In this document: positions 15,439-23,281 of the stretch, piece by piece
Position numbering within the stretch: the first letter of the stretch is position 1
Layout: each line of letters begins with the position of its first letter
IMG/VR virus record: IMGVR_UViG_3300045988_148533
Location: 32,001-96,000 of that record
Reading direction: 5' to 3' (one strand)
Length of the DNA: 64,000 nt
Origin: a virus
The notes under the pieces: model-generated
Databases searched by the model: none
What the model saw: the letters and a program-made list of their open reading frames with translations, nothing else
What the model was told of the DNA's origin: nothing
Position numbers and translations under genes: made by a program

Positions 15439-15750
15439 TTAACGCTTCTTGGCGGTCTTCTTCCCCTTGGCCTCAACCTTGGGCTCCTCCTTCACCTTGT
15501 AGGTACGGCTGGACTTGAAGACGAGCCGACGTGTCTCACCGGACATGAACTTCTCCCCTGTCTGAGGGTTCAGCACCTGCCGAGGAGGTGTCACTTTCAA
15601 CTTGAACTTTCCGATAGGAGTGAGCACTTCCTCACCGCCCATCACCACATCGGGAATTACCTCGAAAATACCGTTCAGAATCTCCTCCACGTCCACTTGG
15701 GTACGCTCCAGTTTTGTGGCCACTGCTGCCACGAGTTCACTTTTTCTCAT
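15439..15750 (-). CDS. HU/IHF-family DNA-binding protein with Lys-rich C-terminal tail
   Basis: MRKSELVAAVATKLERTQVDVEEILNGIFEVI...GKFKLKVTPPRQVLNPQTGEKFMSGETRRLVFKSS shows the typical HU fold pattern, including the beta-arm R..NP.TGE. Confidence 0.85.
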   Translation of the reverse strand: MRKSELVAAVATKLERTQVDVEEILNGIFEVIPDVVMGGEEVLTPIGKFKLKVTPPRQVLNPQTGEKFMSGETRRLVFKSSRTYKVKEEPKVEAKGKKTAKKR

Positions 15751-16297
15751 TGCTATTATCTATTTTATTGGTTGTTGGTTGTCTGTCCATGAATCCTATC
15801 AGCCACCTGATGACTGACTGGATGAATGCGTAGTCCTTGACTCTGCGATAGGCGCACTTACGGTCAAGAACGCTCCCGACCACGGCCCACTTCAGCCCCT
15901 CGGAGTCCTGTATGTAGCGGTGACTTATCGCCGATACCGCCCACACGTTGATGAGCGTGCCGCCCCACTTGAAGATGTACGGCTTGTGCTTCCACGTAAC
16001 ACGCTCCATGTATCGCTCAGCGTCTCTCGGATAGGAGGCTCCGGACGTAACGGTGTGAAACACGCTGCCCTGACTCTCCGCCAGAAGCCGGAGTCGGGAC
16101 TCCATGGCGTCGTCGCACACCATCTCTATGTCAATGTCGTGAGGCTGCACCACAGCGTCCAGTCCCAGTCTGGCGAGGGCCAGACTGCCCACCACGCACA
16201 CGTCACAGGGGTGGGCTGAGTCCTGCACGGAGTGCAGAAACTGCTTGAGAGTGTTCAGATAGGGTATGTACCCGTTGAAGTTCATTTTTTCGTTCAT
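15737..16297 (-). CDS. nucleotidyltransferase-fold protein (minimal NTase-like GS...DxD)
   Basis: VVGSLALARLGLDAVVQPHDIDIEMV resembles the G[SG]-x9-12-DxD NTase signature. Confidence 0.45.
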   Translation of the reverse strand: MNEKMNFNGYIPYLNTLKQFLHSVQDSAHPCDVCVVGSLALARLGLDAVVQPHDIDIEMVCDDAMESRLRLLAESQGSVFHTVTSGASYPRDAERYMERVTWKHKPYIFKWGGTLINVWAVSAISHRYIQDSEGLKWAVVGSVLDRKCAYRRVKDYAFIQSVIRWLIGFMDRQPTTNKIDNSNEKK

Positions 16298-16315
16298 TTT
16301 CGGAATATTTTGAGA

Positions 16316-16846
16316 TTATAAACTGCTGTCCTGTATGATTCTCCGGAGACGGTCACTGTATCCCTTTTTGGAGGCATAGGTGCGGTCGAGGAGGGCGAGG
16401 TACTCATCCCTGCTGAGCCCCCTCGCGAACGAGCTCTGCCACAGGGCATAGTCCAGTATGCAGTCCCGGACGGAGGCGTATCGGGCGTGGCCCTCAAGAG
16501 TGCCGACGGCAGTGGTGGGACGAGTGTAGGGAACCTTCATGCCGAGGCAGTTGTGGCCCTCTGTAAACAGGGTGGAGCGGAAGTGACCGCTCTCCTCTAT
16601 GGCCTGAGCCATTACTATGTCAGGGTGGTCCAGACGGAGCTCGAATATAAGGTCATAGACCTGCGTGTAGACGTCCGGCCACTCGGGATGGACGGCAGCG
16701 GTGCTGCCAGTCAGGACGCACTCCACGTCCGTTCTGTGGCCGTTCCGCCACGCCTGCACCCACACGAGGAGTCCTGCAATTAGGAAGACTCCCAGTATCA
16801 CTGCACAGTACGTTATAATGCGCCTGTCGGCTGTCGTGAGTCTCAT
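16316..16846 (-). CDS. membrane-anchored peptidoglycan hydrolase (glucosaminidase/FlgJ-like domain), candidate signal-anchor endolysin
   Basis: The N-terminal TM segment is IITYCAVILGVFLIAGLLVWV. IVMAQAIEESGHFRSTLFTEGHNCLGMK...YASVRDCILDYALW matches the glucosaminidase domain pattern (a.a.lESgwg.S.l....nN.fGiK...f..y.s...s..dy). Confidence 0.7.
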   Translation of the reverse strand: MRLTTADRRIITYCAVILGVFLIAGLLVWVQAWRNGHRTDVECVLTGSTAAVHPEWPDVYTQVYDLIFELRLDHPDIVMAQAIEESGHFRSTLFTEGHNCLGMKVPYTRPTTAVGTLEGHARYASVRDCILDYALWQSSFARGLSRDEYLALLDRTYASKKGYSDRLRRIIQDSSL

Positions 16847-17400
16847 AGTGTGCCCTCCTTTCCTTTAAGTATTCCATACCGCTGAACGAACTCCTCCACG
16901 TCCATGTAGTCGCAGCCGTAGTTCTCAGCCGTGCGTCGGTCACTGTCGCTGAACTGTCCCTCCAGACCGGAAGCGTCTCCCACCATTAGGCACTGCTCCT
17001 TTGTCCACGGCCCGTATCTATTGCCGTTGTCGTCACCGTGTATGCAGTTCAGCCTCTGGAGCATCCCAGTGTTAGGCTTGCGGTCAGTGTGGTTAGGATT
17101 GTTGGTGGCGCACAGAGTATAGTCAGTCAGGACGCCTGTGTACTCCTCCACGGCAGTACAGATGTAGTTAATCTTTATTATGAAGGAGTCAATGTCCACG
17201 TGGCCTGCCTCTATTCCTCCCTGATTCGTCACTATACCCACGAACTCGGGCTGCAGAGCCTTTATGGCGTCAAGAACCTCATAGCGGAGCTTCATGTCCC
17301 ATATTCCCCTTGGAAAGGGCTTTCCGCTCTGTGTGACTATAAGCGTGCCGTCAAGGTCTATGAACAGGCACTTCTTACTTTCTTTTCCGTTTGTTTCCAT
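16843..17400 (-). CDS. HAD-superfamily polynucleotide 3'-phosphatase-like hydrolase
   Basis: FIDLDGTL (motif I), IVTNQGGI (motif II), RKPNTGML (motif III Lys) and MVGDASG (motif IV), arranged as in PNKP and histidinol-phosphatase-type HAD enzymes. Confidence 0.75.
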   Translation of the reverse strand: METNGKESKKCLFIDLDGTLIVTQSGKPFPRGIWDMKLRYEVLDAIKALQPEFVGIVTNQGGIEAGHVDIDSFIIKINYICTAVEEYTGVLTDYTLCATNNPNHTDRKPNTGMLQRLNCIHGDDNGNRYGPWTKEQCLMVGDASGLEGQFSDSDRRTAENYGCDYMDVEEFVQRYGILKGKEGTL

Positions 17401-17578
17401 TTCTATTTACTTTAGGTTTATAACTGTGGATAGGAGTGGACGTCCATCGGGCACAGCCCTCACTCAGCACCGCCTGTGTGTCAGGGCACATATAGTATCG
17501 TGCGCACCTGAAGCACGTGCGAGGTACTGGAGGACGTCCACGCCTGCCTCTGCTATTTCTCTTCTCCGTTTTCATCAT
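17375..17578 (-). CDS. possible small basic Cys-containing protein (low confidence)
   Basis: MMKTEKRNSRGRRGRPPVPRTCFRCARYYMCPDTQAVLSEGC...KRKRK fills an otherwise 150-nt gap, but it overlaps both neighbours by about 26 nt. Confidence 0.3.
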   Translation of the reverse strand: MMKTEKRNSRGRRGRPPVPRTCFRCARYYMCPDTQAVLSEGCARWTSTPIHSYKPKVNRNGNKRKRK

Positions 17579-18062
17579 TAGGTACATTAACCGTGTCAAG
17601 GAGGAGAAACTCCTCGCTGTATATTTCCCACGCTCCACAGGTGTCCTCCACGGTGGACGGCATGGACTGACTCGGTGTCACGAACACAGGTACGTAGTCA
17701 TCGGCCGTTACGCAGAAGAACCCCTCCGGATTCTTGGACGTACTGGCGTACTCCACGACGTTCTTCGGTAGCCATGCAGCTCCCTCAGGAGCCACTATGC
17801 GCACTGCCCTGTCCGTGCAGTGCGTAAGCACACCCACAACCATCCTATTTTCGTGCCATAGACGAACGTAGGCGGATGAACGAGTGTAGGAGTGGAGTGC
17901 AGGTCGGTCGGAGGCCCTCGTTCCCCCTGCGACCCTGTTTTGACGCTCTATGTGGCCGTCATGGATTAGGGTCAGCACAAGGGTGTCCTCCGTGCCGTCG
18001 GACGTGTCAATCTGGACGCTGTACCGCTGTCCCTCGAGAGTTACTATATCTCCGTTTTTCAT
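17553..18062 (-). CDS. hypothetical protein
   Basis: 169-aa ORF. Confidence 0.6.
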   Translation of the reverse strand: MKNGDIVTLEGQRYSVQIDTSDGTEDTLVLTLIHDGHIERQNRVAGGTRASDRPALHSYTRSSAYVRLWHENRMVVGVLTHCTDRAVRIVAPEGAAWLPKNVVEYASTSKNPEGFFCVTADDYVPVFVTPSQSMPSTVEDTCGAWEIYSEEFLLLDTVNVPNDENGEEK

Positions 18063-18080
18063 GGTAGGTATCTCCTATGC

Positions 18081-18629
18081 TTACTTACTCTCCTTTCTGG
18101 CTTCCTTGGCTGCAACTCGGGCTGCATTGGCAGCATCCCTCTGGAGTGCTGCCTGTGCCCTCTTTATCTTGCGGTGGAGACTGGCTATCCTCTTCCTTGT
18201 AGCAGCGTCAGGCTCCTTTATGGCTTCCTTGGCCTCCAGCTCGGCTGTATAGACCTCCAGTCGGTGCTGAGGGTCGCGACCCACACCCTTTGTCTCCTTT
18301 GCTGCTTTGCTCTCCTTCTTGGCTTTCTTTTCCTTAGTAGGTGCAGGGGCTGTTTCAGTCACACCCTCCTCCACTGCATCAGCGACCTCCTCCATAGCTG
18401 CCATTTCCTCCTCACGGACGCTCTCATACAGGCTCACGCACTCCATGTACTTCTTATACATTGCTCCCTTGCCTGCATCGGGAGCACAGGCCTCGAAACT
18501 GGGGTTGATGTTTTCCTGAATGAACGCTACGAACTCGTCCACGGCCTTTCTCAGTGCCTCCTTGTTGACATACTTTAATACGTGCTTTTCGTTGAGGAAC
18601 TTTTCGTTGTAGTTAAATTCTGCTTTCAT
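18081..18629 (-). CDS. hypothetical protein with Lys/Ala/Glu-rich C-terminal half
   Basis: 182-aa ORF preceded by a conserved promoter. Confidence 0.65.
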   Translation of the reverse strand: MKAEFNYNEKFLNEKHVLKYVNKEALRKAVDEFVAFIQENINPSFEACAPDAGKGAMYKKYMECVSLYESVREEEMAAMEEVADAVEEGVTETAPAPTKEKKAKKESKAAKETKGVGRDPQHRLEVYTAELEAKEAIKEPDAATRKRIASLHRKIKRAQAALQRDAANAARVAAKEARKESK

Positions 18630-18674
18630 GGCTTTTAATTTTTAATTGGTTTGACTTGTTTTGTTTTACAGATG

Positions 18675-18724
18675 CAAATATAGGGGAGATAATTCTTTCT
18701 ACCAAGAAAAATCTTGAAAATTTC
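18675..18724 (-). promoter_or_regulatory. conserved phage promoter
   Basis: The reverse complement of 18675-18682 is TATATTTG. ACCAAGAAAAATCTTGAAAATTTC occupies 18701-18724 after a 20-nt spacer. Confidence 0.7.
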
Positions 18725-18733
18725 CCGAACTTT

Positions 18734-19009
18734 CTAATAATCCGCTGTAACTGCACGAAATACCATCTTCTGGCTTTCCTCGGTTATTTCCCTGAGGTTT
18801 TCCACTCCGTACCCCTTTCTGTCACACAGGATGATGTGCTCTCCACGGCTATCCTTCCACGCCTTGAGCGCATACACCGTGCGCCTGTGGAACACCCTCC
18901 TATTTACAACGCTCACAGGCTTATTGAATGGCACGTAGGTGGTGGAGTCAGTAAGTCCTCCTATGGCCTCAACAACGGCCCACCAATAGTCAATTTTTCG
19001 TGTTTCCAT
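18734..19009 (-). CDS. hypothetical protein
   Basis: 91-aa ORF. Confidence 0.55.
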   Translation of the reverse strand: METRKIDYWWAVVEAIGGLTDSTTYVPFNKPVSVVNRRVFHRRTVYALKAWKDSRGEHIILCDRKGYGVENLREITEESQKMVFRAVTADY

Positions 19010-19060
19010 GTCTCTTTTTATTCATAGTAAAACGTCCGTACGGATTCAGCCTTTTCCGTT

Positions 19061-19261
19061 TCAGCCCCAGATTATGTAGTTCAGAAACGGTACTACATTG
19101 TTACACCACCACTCCATGATAACTATCAACAGGGTTAGGAGAAGGGCCACGGTGATGGACACGCTTACCCATCTCCACCCTCTGACATATTTCTCCTTTA
19201 GCTGCCATCTGCCAAACTGACCGCTGTAAAATCTGTCCAGTGCATCGATTATTCGTTCCAT
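19061..19261 (-). CDS. small membrane protein
   Basis: 66 aa with the TM segment WVSVSITVALLLTLLIVIMEWW. Confidence 0.5.
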   Translation of the reverse strand: MERIIDALDRFYSGQFGRWQLKEKYVRGWRWVSVSITVALLLTLLIVIMEWWCNNVVPFLNYIIWG

Positions 19262-19267
19262 ATTGTC

Positions 19268-19504
19268 TCAGTATTTAATTATTCTGTTCTCCCTGTATGT
19301 ATATGTCGTGCGAGCGAGCAGCTCGCCACTGTCGTCGTAAATTTCGCTCAGTACCTTGGTTAGGGTTCTGGGAGTGTTCAGTCGCATCTTGCGCACCGCA
19401 AACACCTCGGCCTCCAGAGCGGACTGGGCCTCCGTGCAGAGGAAAGCCTTAGTTTCCACTCTGTCCTTCTTGAAACTTGTTATAACTACCTTTGCCATGG
19501 CCAC
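19268..19504 (-). CDS. hypothetical protein
   Basis: 78-aa ORF. Confidence 0.55.
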   Translation of the reverse strand: MAMAKVVITSFKKDRVETKAFLCTEAQSALEAEVFAVRKMRLNTPRTLTKVLSEIYDDSGELLARTTYTYRENRIIKY

Positions 19505-19509
19505 CCCTC

Positions 19510-19989
19510 CTATTTTCTGGTTATTTCAAACTGTATCTTAATAATTACCTGTCCACCTGTTCCCTGCCTGCTCTCCATCACTGAGTAGGAATTTATGCTG
19601 ACGGAGGCATTAAATTTTTCAGGAATGACCTTTTCCAGTCTCCTGGCCATCCTGTCAGCCTTGGCACTTGCCCTGCCGTATCCGGACTCGTACTTTATAT
19701 AGGTAAAATCCTCCGCTGTGTCAATATCGTAGGTGAGGAGGGCATGGCTCTGGAAGGAGTCGTTCACGCGGCTCAGTGACACACGTGTGTCAGCACCGCT
19801 GAGATTCAGGTGGAGGGCTGGAAACAGCTTCTCCACGTGTGAGGCTATCTCCACAGCGTCCTCTGTGGCACGCTGCTGAAGCAGCATACAGGCTCTCATT
19901 TCCCGTATCCTAATTTCCATGTCCTCATTTCTGTCGTTAAGTACCTTTGTCAGGCTTTCTCTTGTACTGCTGTTAATTTCTCTTTTCAT
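19510..19989 (-). CDS. hypothetical protein (start at internal ATG, MKREINSS)
   Basis: The promoter box at 20017-20024 lies within the longer ORF. The ATG at 19989 sits 27 nt downstream of the box. Confidence 0.6.
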   Translation of the reverse strand: MKREINSSTRESLTKVLNDRNEDMEIRIREMRACMLLQQRATEDAVEIASHVEKLFPALHLNLSGADTRVSLSRVNDSFQSHALLTYDIDTAEDFTYIKYESGYGRASAKADRMARRLEKVIPEKFNASVSINSYSVMESRQGTGGQVIIKIQFEITRK

Positions 19990-20016
19990 GGCTCGTTTTG
20001 TTATTGATTTACGGTG

Positions 20017-20066
20017 CAAATATAGTCCGATTAATGATATCAACCAAGAAAAATCTTGAAAATTTC
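20017..20066 (-). promoter_or_regulatory. conserved phage promoter
   Basis: The reverse complement of 20017-20024 is TATATTTG. AACCAAGAAAAATCTTGAAAATTTC occupies 20042-20066 after a 20-nt spacer. Confidence 0.7.
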
Positions 20067-20377
20067 AATAATTTCTTGACATCGTCAAAATAAAAAGTTT
20101 CGTTTTGACGAGCCGAGTTTCGTTTTCCGTTTTTCGGGATGGTAACTCTTCCGTTACTTTGCCCTCTCCTCGGCAGTGAACACAGGCGTTCCACGACTCC
20201 GAAACTCTCCGTCTAACCCCCTCAAGAGCGCGTATCACTGCACCGTCAACAAAGTTAGGGGACGATTCTCCGAGTTTTCCGTTCCCAAAACTCTGTACCC
20301 CTGCGTCCATGTGGACAAATTGCGAATTCGTCCAATGGGTGAGTCCGTTTTTCGTCTCTCCATGCCCCTGTACCCTG

Positions 20378-21006
20378 TTCTCCACGTGGAGAATCATACC
20401 CTCCACGCCTGCTTCTCCACACTCTCCATGGTATAACGAAAAGTTATCGTGGAGAGACAAAATTAGGCGTGGAGAAGGCTGTTTTCGGCAATTTTGCGAT
20501 TTCTCCAAAACGGACCCACAGTCACCCTGCGCTTCGGTTGCCCTTAGGGGAAGTAGCGACCGTTTTCGCAAAGTCTCCAGCCATAACATTTTCTTATAGC
20601 TTGGACAACTTTTACACCTATGGACAGCGAAAATAGGAGAAAGTTTCGTTCCGTGACATTTACCCCTGCTGCATGGAGAAACGAACAGTTTCTCCACACC
20701 CATCCTCCATAACTTATAATCCGTAAGTTTTGATGTATGCTTGACTTACAATTTATAACTAAATGAGCCTATGAACTTACAATCTATAAGTTTGTACAGC
20801 GGAAACGAGTTACTATTTGTTACATCGCTGGTTATTAGGGAAAGTTCCTCTCCTCGCTGATATAGTCAGCCTGTCGGTCAAATAAGCGAAAAGGGCCGAG
20901 AACCGATGTAGTTCTCAGCCCACGGCCATGAAATTAACTATACGGATTATAAACGTCTCCACAGGCCCGACACGTACCCTGTGGAGGTATGAGTTGACGA
21001 GTGGAG
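20378..21006. repeat. dispersed array of at least ten CTCCAC/GTGGAG hexamers (five as TTCTCCAC), some forming palindromes or hairpins
   Basis: Exact copies lie at 20380-85, 20386-91, 20401-06, 20415-20, 20449-54, 20469-74, 20692-97, 20957-62, 20981-86 and 21001-06. A 16-bp palindrome TTCTCCACGTGGAGAA sits at 20378-20393. Hairpins lie at 20674-20697 and 20957-20986. Confidence 0.8.
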
Positions 21007-21442
21007 GGAAAGGGTTAGGAGAAGGAGCATATCACTGAAAAACTGACCCCTCTAAAATAATTTTACCGACCCCTCCTGACTCTCCAAAATAATCTTACTA
21101 ACCGCTCTAAACTATCTAAAAACCCCTTTTTCCATGTCCCACTCTTAACACTCAAACCAGCCCATTTCCCTGCTCCCCTCCAAACCATCTACCGCCTCCT
21201 AAGCCCATTTCCTTTCTTTCCATTACCTCCATATATACCCTCAGTGAAGAGTACTGATAGGCAATGGTAGAAGGATGGAGTGGATGGATAGGGTGTGGAT
21301 TCGGGGTAATGGATTAGGGGTCAGAGAAGTAGACTATGATGGAGAACCGACCTGTTCGGTCGGTTCACTATCGGAAAGGGCTCTCTGAAAGGCGTTTATC
21401 AACAATTTCCAGTCAGGAAGGAACGGTTCGCAGTCGAAACTT

Positions 21443-22069
21443 CTAATCCCCCTCCGAAAACCTTATCGAAAACTCACTCACAAGCACTGGGTCTGCTGCT
21501 GCAAGTCTCCTAAACAGACGCTTCGCTCTGTGGCACAGACGATGTGCCTCCCGTTCCTCCATACCGCACATCGCTCCCACCTCATCATACGGCATCTCGT
21601 ACACGTAGTGCAGGCGCAGAACCTTTGCCAGCTCCGCAGGCATCTCATCCAGCACAGCGGATATCCTCCTGCTGTTCTCATTCCTCTCTGCCTCCTCCTC
21701 AGGCGTAACCCCGTCGGGGTCGGGCAGCTGGAACTCCTGCTCATCGTCAGGGTCCCCGACGGGTGCGTCAATGCTTGTAAGGGTCAGCCGCTTCTTCCTT
21801 ACGTAGTCTATGGCGCAGTTGCGTCCTATCCTCACGAGCCATGCGCTGAGCTGATATGTAGGGGTATAGGTGTCGAGCCTGTCAAAGGCCTTTGTGAATG
21901 TCTCCGAAACTATGTCCTCTATTGCAAAGGGGTCAGGCACTCTCTTATATACGTGCCACATCACCATGTTCTTGTATTTCCTGTATATCTTCTGGTAGGC
22001 ACTCTGGTCTCCGCAGAGTGCCCTCTGCACGTAGTAGAAGTCGGTGCGCTTGTTGCTCTCCTGTTTCAT
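21443..22069 (-). CDS. RNA polymerase sigma factor, sigma-70 family (ECF/group 4-like, regions 2 and 4)
   Basis: Region 2 is YQKIYRKYKNMVMWHVYKRV...EDIVSETFTKAFDRLDTY......SAWLVRIGRNCAIDYVRKK. Region 4 is LDEMPAELAKVLRLHYVYEMPYDEVGAMCGMEEREAHRLCHRAKRLFR. Confidence 0.85.
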   Translation of the reverse strand: MKQESNKRTDFYYVQRALCGDQSAYQKIYRKYKNMVMWHVYKRVPDPFAIEDIVSETFTKAFDRLDTYTPTYQLSAWLVRIGRNCAIDYVRKKRLTLTSIDAPVGDPDDEQEFQLPDPDGVTPEEEAERNENSRRISAVLDEMPAELAKVLRLHYVYEMPYDEVGAMCGMEEREAHRLCHRAKRLFRRLAAADPVLVSEFSIRFSEGD

Positions 22070-22092
22070 TTTCCTATATTGTTTTTCTTTGG

Positions 22093-22695
22093 TTATTCAC
22101 TCAACTGCCTGTGCGGATTGCGGTCACGGCTTATCACGTTGCTAAGGGTGCTCACCGCCAGCACCTCAGCCATGTCCGGCTCCTTTCTGTCGGCACTGTC
22201 ATCCCTGTACTTCTCCCACTCAGCATCCTCCTCACAGGGGTACAGGCTGTAACGCGCGATGTAGGCCGACTGGAACAGCTTGCGCAGTCGTCTCCTCTCA
22301 CGCTGGTAGTTATCCCTGTGCCATTCCCACAGATTGTTCAACTCAATATACTCAGCCTCCGTCATGGGGGCCTCAATTATATTGTAGTTGGCATCAGCGG
22401 TGCGGTATATCTTCACCTCATTCAAGTAGCGGGCATTGGCTCCATACAGGCTCGTCCACAGCTGCAAGAACAGCTTTACGACGGTGCTCCTGACGCGCCA
22501 GCTCCGCAGCCGCTTTTCATCGTCAAACATCTCCTCAACGGTTATGCCGTAACGGCTGCACAGGCTCTCAAGCATTCTCTGTGCATTGACCTGCTCACCG
22601 CCCACCCCTCTCAGGGCGAGCTCCCTTAGCTTTGTCAGCTTCACCCTTACTGACTCGGGTATCTCAACAGTGTTAATTTCCATGGCCTTAATCAT
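22093..22695 (-). CDS. hypothetical protein (N-terminal DUF2786-like helix pair?)
   Basis: 200-aa ORF. KLRELALRGVGGEQVNAQRMLESLCSRYGI loosely resembles the DUF2786 pattern. Confidence 0.55.
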   Translation of the reverse strand: MIKAMEINTVEIPESVRVKLTKLRELALRGVGGEQVNAQRMLESLCSRYGITVEEMFDDEKRLRSWRVRSTVVKLFLQLWTSLYGANARYLNEVKIYRTADANYNIIEAPMTEAEYIELNNLWEWHRDNYQRERRRLRKLFQSAYIARYSLYPCEEDAEWEKYRDDSADRKEPDMAEVLAVSTLSNVISRDRNPHRQLSE

Positions 22696-22696
22696 T

Positions 22697-23044
22697 TTAT
22701 TTTGTTATTTCATCAATCTTCTTCATAAAACTGTTATAGGCGTTGTAGAATTCACGTATAACCTCCTGATTCTTGTCATTCTGAGCAATGTTCAAAATAA
22801 TACCTATCTGAAGCATCGCCTTGCGCACCTCACTTGCGTGCTGAGCAAGTTCAACCTTGTCGCCCTGCATCTCATCAATGTAAAAGGCGTTTTCCCTGCT
22901 CTTCTCCAGCATATTCTCCTTACGCCACTTGCGGCAGAAGGTGTCCTTGTCATCAGTGCAGTTCATATATTCCTCATTGATTTGTTCCCACTGTACCTGT
23001 GTGGGGTAGAAATTGGTGCGGTCGGTAAATTCCTTGAGTGTCAT
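22697..23044 (-). CDS. hypothetical protein (start at internal ATG, MTLKEFTD)
   Basis: The promoter box at 23079-23086 lies inside the longer ORF. Confidence 0.55.
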   Translation of the reverse strand: MTLKEFTDRTNFYPTQVQWEQINEEYMNCTDDKDTFCRKWRKENMLEKSRENAFYIDEMQGDKVELAQHASEVRKAMLQIGIILNIAQNDKNQEVIREFYNAYNSFMKKIDEITK

Positions 23045-23078
23045 AGCTTGTTTCCTCCTTTCGTTTTGTTTTACACTG

Positions 23079-23127
23079 CAAATATAGTTACTAATCTGGA
23101 ACCGCAATGAAATTTTCTGAATTTTTC
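23079..23127 (-). promoter_or_regulatory. conserved phage promoter (variant upstream half)
   Basis: The reverse complement of 23079-23086 is TATATTTG. The upstream sequence is ACCGCAATGAAATTTTCTGAATTTTTC. Confidence 0.6.
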
Positions 23128-23281
23128 GTAAAATTTTCGCACAGCCTCTTCCTTGCAGTAATTCTCCTCTGCAGCTTGCAGCAGTACATCTGCCCCACCT
23201 GAGGATTGCTCCAGAACCAGACTCACTCATTGCAGTGAGTGAGTATGTCCTTGGTACTTTTCTGAACGTTCTGGTTCATGG

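Noticed and set aside
15010-15792. Plus-strand ORFs 15010..15258 (82 aa) and 15271..15792 (173 aa)
   Set aside because: The first is Cys/Arg-rich with no start context. The second is largely antisense to the HU-like gene. Both lie in a minus-strand transcription context, so the region is reported instead as a candidate non-coding element.
20065-20703. 212-aa minus-strand ORF in the CTCCAC-box region
   Set aside because: The translation is Cys/Gly/Ser/His-rich and is driven by the repeated DNA boxes. It has no promoter box or coupling to its neighbours. I treat the region as non-coding, although a real small gene cannot be excluded without comparative data.
21530-22629. Two overlapping plus-strand ORFs of 240 and 243 aa opposite the sigma factor gene and its upstream gene
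   Set aside because: They are antisense to well-supported minus-strand genes. The translations are Leu/Arg/Cys-rich with no recognisable features, and no promoter box precedes them.
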